Shown here in pieces: positions 51,181-60,196 of a DNA stretch of 64,000 nucleotides. Position 1 is the stretch's first letter; each line of letters starts with the position of its first letter. The position numbers and the translations under genes are program-made. Below the pieces are notes generated by a model. The model ran no database searches and was not told where the DNA came from. It saw only the letters and a program-made list of their open reading frames with translations. The stretch comes from an uncultured Gammaproteobacteria bacterium (GTDB taxonomy: Bacteria > Pseudomonadota > Gammaproteobacteria > JACCXJ01), in assembly GCA_963764725.1 (NCBI GenBank), contig CAVXTM010000018.1:96001-160000 (forward strand). The letters run 5' to 3'.

Positions 51181-51948
51181 TCATGGGTCGGCTGCGTCCC
51201 GACGAGCGGTTGCGTGCAGTGGCGGCAGCGATACCGTCAGCGCCCGCAGGCGAAAATAGAGATCGGCCCGGAATGTTCCACGGGTTACCGCGGCTTCGAG
51301 CCTACGGCGCGCTCCCGCGATCACGCGCAGGTCTGCCGGCATGGGTGCGCTCGCACCCAGCGGCACAAACTCGCGGTGTTCGAGCAGCCGCAAGAGCTTC
51401 GTCTGCGCGGACCAGGAAAGCGCGTGGATCCCGTCGAGAAACAGGGTGCCGCCACGCGCCCGCTCACAACACCCGGGGCTACGCTGGCCGGCGCCACCCG
51501 CCGCATGCCCGAAAAGCTCTTGTTCTAGCTGGGTGTCTGTCCACACCGTACAATCGAGCTGGACAAACGGGCCGTGGCTTCTGGCGCTCATGGCATGGAT
51601 GGCGCGGGCGGCCGTTTTCACGGCGCCGGCGCCCGACAGCAGCACCGCCGAGCGTGCCGCGGCCGCCTCCTTGATCTCCTCGATCGTTCGGCGCGCGCGC
51701 GGCCCTTGACCAATGACGCGTTCTAAGGGGTTGCTCGCTCGGGGCTTTTGCGAAACCAGACGCGCTGCCCTGATCTCGTGCGCAGCACGCGTCTCATGCA
51801 CCAAACCGACCGCGCCGGCGGGTCCACCGAAATAGGTCGAAAGAACCCCGAGTACGCGCTGCGCGGCCGCCCACGGATCGCCCGCGGCGCGCACGATCTT
51901 AGCAATTTCACGGAGCGCGGCGCGATCCAGATCTCGTTGCTGTTTCAA
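51181..51948 (-). CDS. Degenerate, truncated sigma54 enhancer-binding-protein (NifA-like) AAA+ derivative
   Basis: ARAIH, GPFVQLDC, ELFGH, GGTLFLD, QTKLLRLL, FRADLYFRL; no Walker A, GAFTGA or HTH. Confidence 0.75.
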   Translation of the reverse strand: MKQQRDLDRAALREIAKIVRAAGDPWAAAQRVLGVLSTYFGGPAGAVGLVHETRAAHEIRAARLVSQKPRASNPLERVIGQGPRARRTIEEIKEAAAARSAVLLSGAGAVKTAARAIHAMSARSHGPFVQLDCTVWTDTQLEQELFGHAAGGAGQRSPGCCERARGGTLFLDGIHALSWSAQTKLLRLLEHREFVPLGASAPMPADLRVIAGARRRLEAAVTRGTFRADLYFRLRALTVSLPPLHATARRDAADP

Positions 51949-52157
51949 TACCTTGAGTGTGATAGTGGGTGGTATCGTGGATGCACCTGGGCTGGGCGCC
52001 GCTGCCGGTAAAGTCTCCCTCCCGGGAAAACCTCGTGAAACGACGCCGCGAGCGCCCGCAAACTGTGGCGAGCAATCCGCGTACCGCTTTTAAAACCAGG
52101 TGCTATCAAAGATATGCGTTTTCCGTATTATACTGGTCATCGGTACGTCATCCCGGG

Positions 52158-52173
52158 TGGTACATGAATTGCC
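52158..52173 (+). promoter_or_regulatory. Sigma54 (-24/-12) promoter of the ATP-grasp/Anbu operon
   Basis: TGGTACATGAATTGC, GG-N10-GC, about 75 bp before ATG 52249. Confidence 0.65.
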
Positions 52174-52248
52174 GGGGCTATCTCCATGGATACGTGCAAT
52201 GCAAACCACGCGCTGGTGTGGGCCGCTCCGGCAGCCAAGCAAGTAACG

Positions 52249-53697
52249 ATGGCAATCGACTGGGAGCACTATGATACCGGCACCGGCTACGATGAATTAC
52301 TAGAGGCGCCGGGCCGGCCTCGAGCGCCGGCGCGACCGCTCTGCCGCTATTTGGGATCGCTCACAAGGAGCGAGATAGAGGAGCGGAAAAACGCCGCGGA
52401 GCTTGCCATCGTGACCATGGGCATCACCTTCACGGTCTATACCGAGGAGGGTGGCAGCATCGATCGAGCCTGGCCCTTCGACATCATCCCGCGCATCATC
52501 CCGAGCCATGAATGGACGCGCATCGAGACCGGGCTCAAGCAGCGCGTCAAGGCGCTCAACCTCTTCATCGACGATGTCTATCACCGGCAACGCATCGTCA
52601 AGGCGGGCGTGTTTCCACAGGAGCTGCTCGCGAATTCCGTGAATTTTCGACACGAATGCGTCGGCGTCGATCCTCCGCATGGCGTCTGGGCACATATCTG
52701 CGGCACCGATCTGGTGCGCGACCGTGACGGCACCGTCTACGTCCTCGAGGACAACCTGCGCATCCCTTCGGGCGTATCATACATGCTGGAGAACCGCCTG
52801 GTCACCAAACGGGTTTTTCCCGAGCTTTTCGAGCACTACAGCATCCGTCCGATCGATGATTACCCCTCGCAGCTCTTCGATATGCTGGCCTCGCTCTCCC
52901 CGCGCCCCGCGGACTCCCCCGCGATCGCGGTGCTCACGCCGGGGATCTATAATTCGGCTTATTTTGAGCACGCCTATCTCGCGCAACAGATGGGCGCAGA
53001 GCTGGTCGAGGGCGGCGATCTCGTGGTCGGCGACGACGACTGCGTCTACATGCGCACCATCGAGGGATTCGCGCGGGTCGATGTAATCTACCGGCGCATC
53101 GACGACCTCTATCTCGATCCCCTGGGCTTCGGCACGGATTCCAAGATCGGCGTGCCGGGGCTCCTGCGCGCATGGAAAGCAGGCCGGGTGGCGCTTGCCA
53201 ATGCGCCCGGGGCGGGGGTGGCCGATGACAAGGCCGTTTACGCCTTCGTGCCCAAGATGATCACTTATTACCTCGGCGAGGAGCCCATTCTGCCCAACGT
53301 ACCCACGTTCCTGTGCATGAACACCGACGAGCGCGAGCATGTGCTCGCCAATCTCCACCAACTGGTCGTCAAACCTGCCAACGCCTCGGGGGGTTACGGG
53401 ATGCTCGTGGGTCCCCACGCCACCGCCACCCAGCGCGCCCAGTTCGCGCGCTTGATCGACCACGACCCTCGCAACTACATCGCCCAGCCGACCCTCTCCC
53501 TGTCCACCGTGCCGACCCTATGCGAGACGGGACTGGCGCCTCGCCACGTCAACTTGCGTCCCTTCATCCTTTCCGCTAGCGAGAACTATGTGACCATGGG
53601 CGGATTGACGCGCGTCGCCTTGCGCCAAGGATCGCTGGTGGTTAATTCCTCTCAGGGTGGCGGCAGTAAGGACACCTGGATTACGGACGAGGTCTAG
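52249..53697 (+). CDS. Circularly permuted type 2 ATP-grasp protein
   Basis: GITFTVY, PFDIIPR, VLEDNLRIPSGVSY, LTPGIYNSAYFEH, VVNSSQGGGSKDTW. Confidence 0.93.
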   Translation: MAIDWEHYDTGTGYDELLEAPGRPRAPARPLCRYLGSLTRSEIEERKNAAELAIVTMGITFTVYTEEGGSIDRAWPFDIIPRIIPSHEWTRIETGLKQRVKALNLFIDDVYHRQRIVKAGVFPQELLANSVNFRHECVGVDPPHGVWAHICGTDLVRDRDGTVYVLEDNLRIPSGVSYMLENRLVTKRVFPELFEHYSIRPIDDYPSQLFDMLASLSPRPADSPAIAVLTPGIYNSAYFEHAYLAQQMGAELVEGGDLVVGDDDCVYMRTIEGFARVDVIYRRIDDLYLDPLGFGTDSKIGVPGLLRAWKAGRVALANAPGAGVADDKAVYAFVPKMITYYLGEEPILPNVPTFLCMNTDEREHVLANLHQLVVKPANASGGYGMLVGPHATATQRAQFARLIDHDPRNYIAQPTLSLSTVPTLCETGLAPRHVNLRPFILSASENYVTMGGLTRVALRQGSLVVNSSQGGGSKDTWITDEV

Positions 53698-53699
53698 CA

Positions 53700-54662
53700 A
53701 TGCTCTCAAGGGTGGCGGAACGGCTTTACTGGTTGGGGCGGTACCTGGAGCGGGCGGAGGGGACGGCGCGCAACATTAACGTCAATACCCATCTGCTGCT
53801 GGACCTGCCCAAGGGCACGGCTTTCGGCTGGGAGCCGCTCATCTTCATCATGGGAGGGGAGGAGCTTTTTTTCCGGCACTACCGGGACGCCGGTCAGCAG
53901 AACGCACTCGAGTTCATGCTTGCGGATCCGCGTAACCCGAGCTCGATCTGTTCCTCCCTGCAGCACGCGCGCGAAAACCTCCGCACCCTGCGGGACGTGG
54001 TGCCGCGAGAGGCCTGGGAGAAGCTCAATCACCTGCATCGCTACGCCAACGACCACTATGAGCAGGCGATAGCGGGGCGTTCGCGCTTTCCGTTTGTCAC
54101 CCAGATCATCGATGGCTGCCAGCTCATCACCGGACTGCTCGCGGGCACCATGAGCCATGACGGGGCGTATGAGTTCGTGCGCACCGGACGCAATCTCGAG
54201 CGCGCCGACATGACCACCCGGATCATCGACGTGCGCTCGGCCAGCCTCCTGCCGAAACACACGGGGGACCTCGCGCCGTTCGCGAACATCCAGTGGATGA
54301 GCGTGCTCAAGTCGCTATCGGCTTATCAGATGTACCGCCGCCAGGTTCACGTGCGCGTGAGCGGCGCGGAAGTGCTGCGCTTTCTGTTCCAGGATGCGGG
54401 ATTCCCGCGCTCCGTGTATCATTGTCTGGGCGAAATGCAGCAGAGCCTGAGTGCGCTTCCCCGCAATGAAGTGCCGCGGCGCTACGTGGTGCGGTTGAAA
54501 CGTCAGGTCGGCGAGGCCATAGTTCAGCACCTCGCCCACGAGGGTTTGCACGAGTTCATCGATAACCTGCAAGTCGCGCTCGGCAAGCTTCACGATCGCA
54601 TCCGGGCAACCTATTTCCTGACCGAGGCGCCCGCGCCAAAATCACGGTCCCTGGCCGCTTGA
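53700..54662 (+). CDS. Alpha-E domain protein (DUF403)
   Basis: MLSRVAERLYWLGRYLERAE, ARENLR, GRNLERADMTTR, FPRSV. Confidence 0.93.
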   Translation: MLSRVAERLYWLGRYLERAEGTARNINVNTHLLLDLPKGTAFGWEPLIFIMGGEELFFRHYRDAGQQNALEFMLADPRNPSSICSSLQHARENLRTLRDVVPREAWEKLNHLHRYANDHYEQAIAGRSRFPFVTQIIDGCQLITGLLAGTMSHDGAYEFVRTGRNLERADMTTRIIDVRSASLLPKHTGDLAPFANIQWMSVLKSLSAYQMYRRQVHVRVSGAEVLRFLFQDAGFPRSVYHCLGEMQQSLSALPRNEVPRRYVVRLKRQVGEAIVQHLAHEGLHEFIDNLQVALGKLHDRIRATYFLTEAPAPKSRSLAA

Positions 54663-54688
54663 GGCCCGCAGGTAGAAGAGGACTTTTC

Positions 54689-57600
54689 ATGGCCATTCGC
54701 GTCGCATTGCACCACAAGACAGAGTACCACTACGACCGCCGGGTCCGGCTCTCGCCGCATGTGGTCCGCCTGCGCCCCGCACCGCATACACGAACGCCTA
54801 TCAGCGCCTACTCGCTCAGGGTCCGGCCCGAGAAACACTTTATCAATTGGCAGCAGGATCCCTTCGGCAACTACCTCGCCCGCCTGGTATTCCCGGATCC
54901 CACGCGCGAGCTGTCGATCGAAGTGGACCTGGTGGCGGAGATGACCGTCATCAACCCCTTCGATTTTTTTCATGAAGACTACGCCGAGCGCTATCCTTTC
55001 AGCTACGATTCCACTCTCCGCAAGGATCTCGTCCCCTATATCGAGACCAAGGAGGACGGACCCAGGCTCAGAGAGTGGCTTTCCGGAGCCGAACGCTCCG
55101 AAGAAGATACCAATGATTTCCTAGTCAAGCTGAATCAACGCTTGGCGCGGGACATCCGCTACACGATACGCATGGAACCTGGCATCCAGGGCTGCGAGGA
55201 GACCCTGCGGACACGCCTCGGTTCCTGCCGTGATTCCGCTTGGTTGCTGGTGCAAATCCTGCGGCATTTGGGTCTCGCCGCGCGCTTCGTCTCGGGTTAC
55301 CTCGTGCAGCTCACCCCGGATGTCAAGGCCCTCGATGGGCCGGCGGGCGTCGAGAGCGATTTCACCGATCTGCACGCCTGGGCCGAGGTCTACGTACCGG
55401 GCGCCGGATGGCTCGGGCTCGACCCGACCTCGGGCCTGTTCGCCGGGGAAGGCCATATCCCGCTAGCTTGCACCCCGGACGCCGTGAGCGCGGCGCCGGT
55501 CACCGGCGCTACGGACGAGTGCGAGGTCGAGTTACGTCACAGCAATACGGTTCTGCGCGTCCACGAGGACCCGCGGGTCACCAAGCCCTACGCCGAAAAT
55601 CAGTGGGCGGCGATCAACGCCTTGGGCCGGGCAGTGGATGAGGACCTGGCTCTGCACGACGTACGGTTGACCATGGGCGGGGAGCCGACCTTTGTCTCCA
55701 TCGACGACATGGATGCCGCGGAATGGACTATCGCCGCTTTTGGCTCCCACAAGCGCTCGCTGGCGGAAGAGCTGCTCCAACGCCTGTGGCGGCGCTTCGC
55801 TCCCGGAGGGGTCCTGCACTTCGGGCAGGGTAAATGGTATCCGGGCGAGTCGCTCCCGCGCTGGGCCTTGGGCTGTTTCTGGCACAAGGACGGCCTACCT
55901 CTGTGGCGCAATCCCGATCTCTTCGCCTTGGGTAGCCACGGCATCGGTTTCGGCGCGAGTCACGCCGCGCAATTCGCTGCCCAGCTCGCGCGCCGCCTGG
56001 GGATCGGCGAACGCTATGCCGTCCCCACCTATGAAGACGCGCTCTACTATCTGTGGAAAGAGGGCAGTGTCCCGGTCAATCTGGACCCGCTCAAGGCCAA
56101 TCTAGAAGACCCCGAAGAGCGGCGCATGCTTGCTCAAGCGCTCGACCGGGGTCTCGACACCCCGGCCGCCTATGTGCTGCCGCTCGCATGGGATTGCGGG
56201 CAGAGCGGCTGGCGTAGCTCGCCCTGGCCGGTGCGGCGGGGGCACCTCTACTTGAACCCGGGGGACGCGCCCGCGGGCCTGCGACTGCCGCTCGACGCAC
56301 TCCCCTGGGTCGCCGAAGAGGACCGGGAGATCCTGCCCGAAGCGAGCCTCTTCGAAGCGCGGCCGCCGCTCGCCGATCTCCACGGTGAAGTCGCGCGCCG
56401 CTACCGCCAGATACTCGCCACGGGATCAACGCCGGGGGTCTTCGAGCAGGGCTACGCGGACGCGAGACCGCACCCCGCCAACATGGTGCGTACCGCGCTA
56501 TGCGTCCAGCCGCGCACCGGAAAGTTGCACGTATTCCTGCCGCCGCTCGCCGAGCTCGAGCATTATCTCGATATCGTGACCGCGGTGGAGGCGACCGCCG
56601 CCGATCTCGCCCTGCCGGTCTTACTCGAAGGCTACGAACCGCCGCGCGATACGCGTATGGAGCGGCTGCAGATCACGCCCGACCCCGGCGTCATCGAGGT
56701 CAATATCCACCCCGCCCACACCTGGAACCAGCTCGTCAACACGACCACGGCCCTCTATGAGGAGGCACGGATGACGCGCCTCGGCACCGAGAAATTCATG
56801 CTCGATGGGCGTCACACCGGGACCGGCGGCGGCAACCATATCACGCTTGGCGGCCCTACGCCTGCCGACAGCCCTTTCCTCCGGCGGCCCGAGCTTTTGC
56901 GCAGCTTCGTGACCTACTGGCAGCACCATCCGGGGCTATCGTTCCTGTTCTCGGGCCTCTTCGTCGGGCCCACCAGCCAGAGTCCGCGTGTCGACGAGGC
57001 GCGCCATGAGAATCTCTACGAGCTCGAGATTGCCTTCCAAGAGATGCCGGAGGGTGAGGTGCCCTGGCCCTGGCTGGTCGACCGCCTGCTGCGCCACCTG
57101 CTCGTCGATGTCACCGGCAACACCCACCGCGCCGAGTTCTGTATCGACAAGCTGTACTCCCCGGACAGCGCCTCGGGGCGGCTGGGGCTGGTGGAGCTCC
57201 GGGCCTTCGAGATGCCACCGCACTCGCGGATGAGCTTGGTGCAGATGCTGTTGGTGCGCGCCCTCACCGCGCGTTTCTGGAATGAGCCCTACCGACGCTC
57301 TCTGGTGCGTTGGGGCACGGTCCTGCACGACCGTTTTCTGCTACCGCATTACGTGTGGGCCGACCTGCGGGAGGTGGTGAGCGAACTGCACGCGACAGGC
57401 TATCCCTTCGATCTCGCCTGGCTCGCGCCCTTCTTCGAGTTCCGCTTCCCGCATTATGGAACGGTCACGCTCGGGGACATACAGATCGATCTGCGCGCGG
57501 CCATCGAGCCCTGGCACGTGCTAGGGGAGGAAATCAGCAACATGGGCACGGCGCGCTTCGTCGACTCCTCGGTCGAGCGGCTGCAGGTCAAAGTCACCGG

Positions 57601-58057
57601 CATGACCGACTCGCGTTATGTGCTGGCGTGTCACGGCCGCCAGGTGCCGCTGCGCGCCACCGGCACGCAAGGTGAGTACGCGGCGGGGGTGCGCTACCGT
57701 GCCTGGCAGCCGCCATCCGCGCTGCACCCGACCATCGGGGTGCACTCGCCCTTGGTCTTCGACCTCATCGATACGTGGAACGGCCGCGCTATCGGGGGCT
57801 GTACCTATCACGTCGCCCACCCGGGCGGGCGTAACCCCACGGTCTTTCCGGTCAACGCCTATGAGGCCGAGGCGCGCCGCGTGGGCCGCTTCTGGCCCTC
57901 TGGACATAGCCCGGGCGTGCTCGAACCGCCGCCCGATGTGGCGCGCCTCGGGCGCTTCTTCCCCGAGGGCCACCCCCCCGGCCCCATGGAGCCGCCGCGG
58001 GAGGAAATCAACCCCGAGTACCCCCATACGCTGGATCTCCGGCGTTCGAGAACCTGA
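54689..58057 (+). CDS. Transglutaminase domain + DUF2126 putative amidoligase fusion
   Basis: GSCRDS, DLHAWAEVY, GLDPT; TMGGEPTF, TPDPGVIEVN, GTGGGNH, ELRAFEMPPH. Confidence 0.92.
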   Translation: MAIRVALHHKTEYHYDRRVRLSPHVVRLRPAPHTRTPISAYSLRVRPEKHFINWQQDPFGNYLARLVFPDPTRELSIEVDLVAEMTVINPFDFFHEDYAERYPFSYDSTLRKDLVPYIETKEDGPRLREWLSGAERSEEDTNDFLVKLNQRLARDIRYTIRMEPGIQGCEETLRTRLGSCRDSAWLLVQILRHLGLAARFVSGYLVQLTPDVKALDGPAGVESDFTDLHAWAEVYVPGAGWLGLDPTSGLFAGEGHIPLACTPDAVSAAPVTGATDECEVELRHSNTVLRVHEDPRVTKPYAENQWAAINALGRAVDEDLALHDVRLTMGGEPTFVSIDDMDAAEWTIAAFGSHKRSLAEELLQRLWRRFAPGGVLHFGQGKWYPGESLPRWALGCFWHKDGLPLWRNPDLFALGSHGIGFGASHAAQFAAQLARRLGIGERYAVPTYEDALYYLWKEGSVPVNLDPLKANLEDPEERRMLAQALDRGLDTPAAYVLPLAWDCGQSGWRSSPWPVRRGHLYLNPGDAPAGLRLPLDALPWVAEEDREILPEASLFEARPPLADLHGEVARRYRQILATGSTPGVFEQGYADARPHPANMVRTALCVQPRTGKLHVFLPPLAELEHYLDIVTAVEATAADLALPVLLEGYEPPRDTRMERLQITPDPGVIEVNIHPAHTWNQLVNTTTALYEEARMTRLGTEKFMLDGRHTGTGGGNHITLGGPTPADSPFLRRPELLRSFVTYWQHHPGLSFLFSGLFVGPTSQSPRVDEARHENLYELEIAFQEMPEGEVPWPWLVDRLLRHLLVDVTGNTHRAEFCIDKLYSPDSASGRLGLVELRAFEMPPHSRMSLVQMLLVRALTARFWNEPYRRSLVRWGTVLHDRFLLPHYVWADLREVVSELHATGYPFDLAWLAPFFEFRFPHYGTVTLGDIQIDLRAAIEPWHVLGEEISNMGTARFVDSSVERLQVKVTGMTDSRYVLACHGRQVPLRATGTQGEYAAGVRYRAWQPPSALHPTIGVHSPLVFDLIDTWNGRAIGGCTYHVAHPGGRNPTVFPVNAYEAEARRVGRFWPSGHSPGVLEPPPDVARLGRFFPEGHPPGPMEPPREEINPEYPHTLDLRRSRT

Positions 58058-58206
58058 AGCCCGCACCGCAATGGCGTCGCATCGGCTGCCCCGGCCAGGC
58101 CTCTCGGCACGTTGGCTAGCGGAAGAACGCCGGCATTTAGCAGTATTAAAATACATTGAGTTGAATGGAGTAATATGTACTTCTCCCTCTCTACAGACGA
58201 TAAAAA

Positions 58207-58935
58207 ATGACTTACTGTGTGGGCATCATGCTCGATAGCGGGATGATTTTTGCCTCGGACTCTCGCACGCACGCCGGCGTGGACGATTTTGCAACGTTTT
58301 GCAAAATGACCGTGTTCGAACGCTGTGGTGACAGGGTGATCGTTCTATTGAGCTCGGGCAATCTAGCGGGGACACAAGCCGTGATCAGCGTGCTGAAGCA
58401 GCGGGGTGACGCCGAGGGCGCGGTCGTCAATTTGTGGAACGCGCAGACCATGTTTGACGTCGCGGTTTTGGTGGCGGACGCGATGCGCGATATTGATCGC
58501 CGCGACGGTCAGTATTTGGCAGAGAGTCCCATCACGTTCAACGCCTCGTTCATACTCGGCGGACAACTTAGCGGCGAGCCTTTGCGACTTTTTCGGATTT
58601 ATTCAGAGGGCAATTTCATCGAGGCGGGACTCGACACGCCCTATTTTCAGACCGGCGAAACAAAATATGGAAAGCCTATCCTCGATCGCGTGATTACCCG
58701 TTCCACAACGCTCGCCGATGCTGCGAAGTGCGTGCTGGTTTCGTTCGATTCGACCATGCGCAGTAACTTGTCTGTAGGCATGCCAATCGATCTGATTTGT
58801 TACGAGCGCAACAGTCTGAAAATACAGATGCGTCGCCGGTTCGACGAGGGCGATGCGTATTTCACCGCACTTAGCAGTCAATGGTCCGAAGGTGTGCGAC
58901 ACGTATTCAGCGAGCTGCCCGAGTTGCGTTGGTAG
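58207..58935 (+). CDS. Anbu proteasome-type Ntn-hydrolase
   Basis: N-terminal MTYCV nucleophile, SDSRT.AGVD, GNFIEA, GETKYGKPILDR, STMRSNLSVG. Confidence 0.93.
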   Translation: MTYCVGIMLDSGMIFASDSRTHAGVDDFATFCKMTVFERCGDRVIVLLSSGNLAGTQAVISVLKQRGDAEGAVVNLWNAQTMFDVAVLVADAMRDIDRRDGQYLAESPITFNASFILGGQLSGEPLRLFRIYSEGNFIEAGLDTPYFQTGETKYGKPILDRVITRSTTLADAAKCVLVSFDSTMRSNLSVGMPIDLICYERNSLKIQMRRRFDEGDAYFTALSSQWSEGVRHVFSELPELRW

Positions 58936-58994
58936 GTTGACACGGTATATCGATATCGCATCGAGCTGTACCGGCGGACGTCAGGAGACCACTT

Positions 58995-59807
58995 ATGCAG
59001 ATCCGCATCGGCTATGAATTGACTTACGACTGCCCGCAGCCGACGCCTATGATATTGACCTTGAACGTCCACTTCACGCGCGTCTCCGATATCATCGTTC
59101 CCGACCACCTCATCACGAACCCGTCGGTCCCGATCAGAGCCTATCGTGATGGCTATGGCAATTGGTGCAGCCGGATCGTAGCGCCGAAGGGCGAGATCCA
59201 GCTCTCAGCCGATGCGGTTGTGAAGGACACCGGTGAGCCGGATCAGGTCGCCCCCTCGGCTCAGCAACACCCGGTGCAAGACCTGTCCGAGGAAACCCTA
59301 GTGTTCCTCTTGGGAAGCCGATACTGCGAAACCGATCGGCTATCCGAGGCGGCGTGGGACCTTTTCAGCAAATCGTCGACTGGATGGGGACGCGTCCAGG
59401 CGATCTGCGACTTTGTCCATGGGCATATCCATTTTGGTTACGAGCATGCGCGCTCCACGAAGACGGCCTGGGAGGCTTTCAATGAGGGGACCGGCGTCTG
59501 CCGTGATTTCACGCACCTCGCCATTGCATTCTGCCGCTGCATGAACATTCCCGCACGTTACTGCACCGGCTATTTGAGTGACATTGGCATACCGCCCCCT
59601 TACGGCCCAATGGATTTCGCTGCCTGGTTCGAGGCATATCTTGGCGGTCATTGGTGGACCTTTGACGCTCGGAATAACACGCCGCGCATCGGCCGGGTGT
59701 TGATCGCCCGCGGTCGCGATGCGACTGATGTCCCGATCAGCAACACGTTCGGCCCTAACACGCTGAAAAGCTTCAGGGTATGGACAGACGAGTTGAGCCA
59801 AGGATGA
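58995..59807 (+). CDS. Transglutaminase-like protein
   Basis: SRYCETD, GVCRDFTH, IPARYCTGY, DFAAWFE, RGRDATD. Confidence 0.9.
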   Translation: MQIRIGYELTYDCPQPTPMILTLNVHFTRVSDIIVPDHLITNPSVPIRAYRDGYGNWCSRIVAPKGEIQLSADAVVKDTGEPDQVAPSAQQHPVQDLSEETLVFLLGSRYCETDRLSEAAWDLFSKSSTGWGRVQAICDFVHGHIHFGYEHARSTKTAWEAFNEGTGVCRDFTHLAIAFCRCMNIPARYCTGYLSDIGIPPPYGPMDFAAWFEAYLGGHWWTFDARNNTPRIGRVLIARGRDATDVPISNTFGPNTLKSFRVWTDELSQG

Positions 59808-60196
59808 ATGTGACCGCACGGACCGAGATGGCGGGGTGCAACAACTGGTGCGCGAGGCAGCGAATGCGGTAAGCATTGCGTACACGGTGGTGTTGGTGCT
59901 GCCCGGCAGTTCCCTCAAGAAAAATGTCACGGCGCTTGCCGACCCTATTCACCGTCCCGGTTTGAGCTAGAAATCGACGTTGTCCGGTAGACAGATCCGG
60001 GTAATGAGCCCTATCATTATCCATGCGCGCCGGGGAGTTGGCCGTAGTGGCCAAAGGGGTGCGGAATCCTGTATTTCCATAGGGTCTCTTGGATCAACTG
60101 AGGAAACCTACCGTACCCGATGGTTTTCCGAACCATTCAAGGGCTCCGAGCTCATAAGCACGCTAACAACATCTGTTCGGACTAGGAGGGGGCGAA

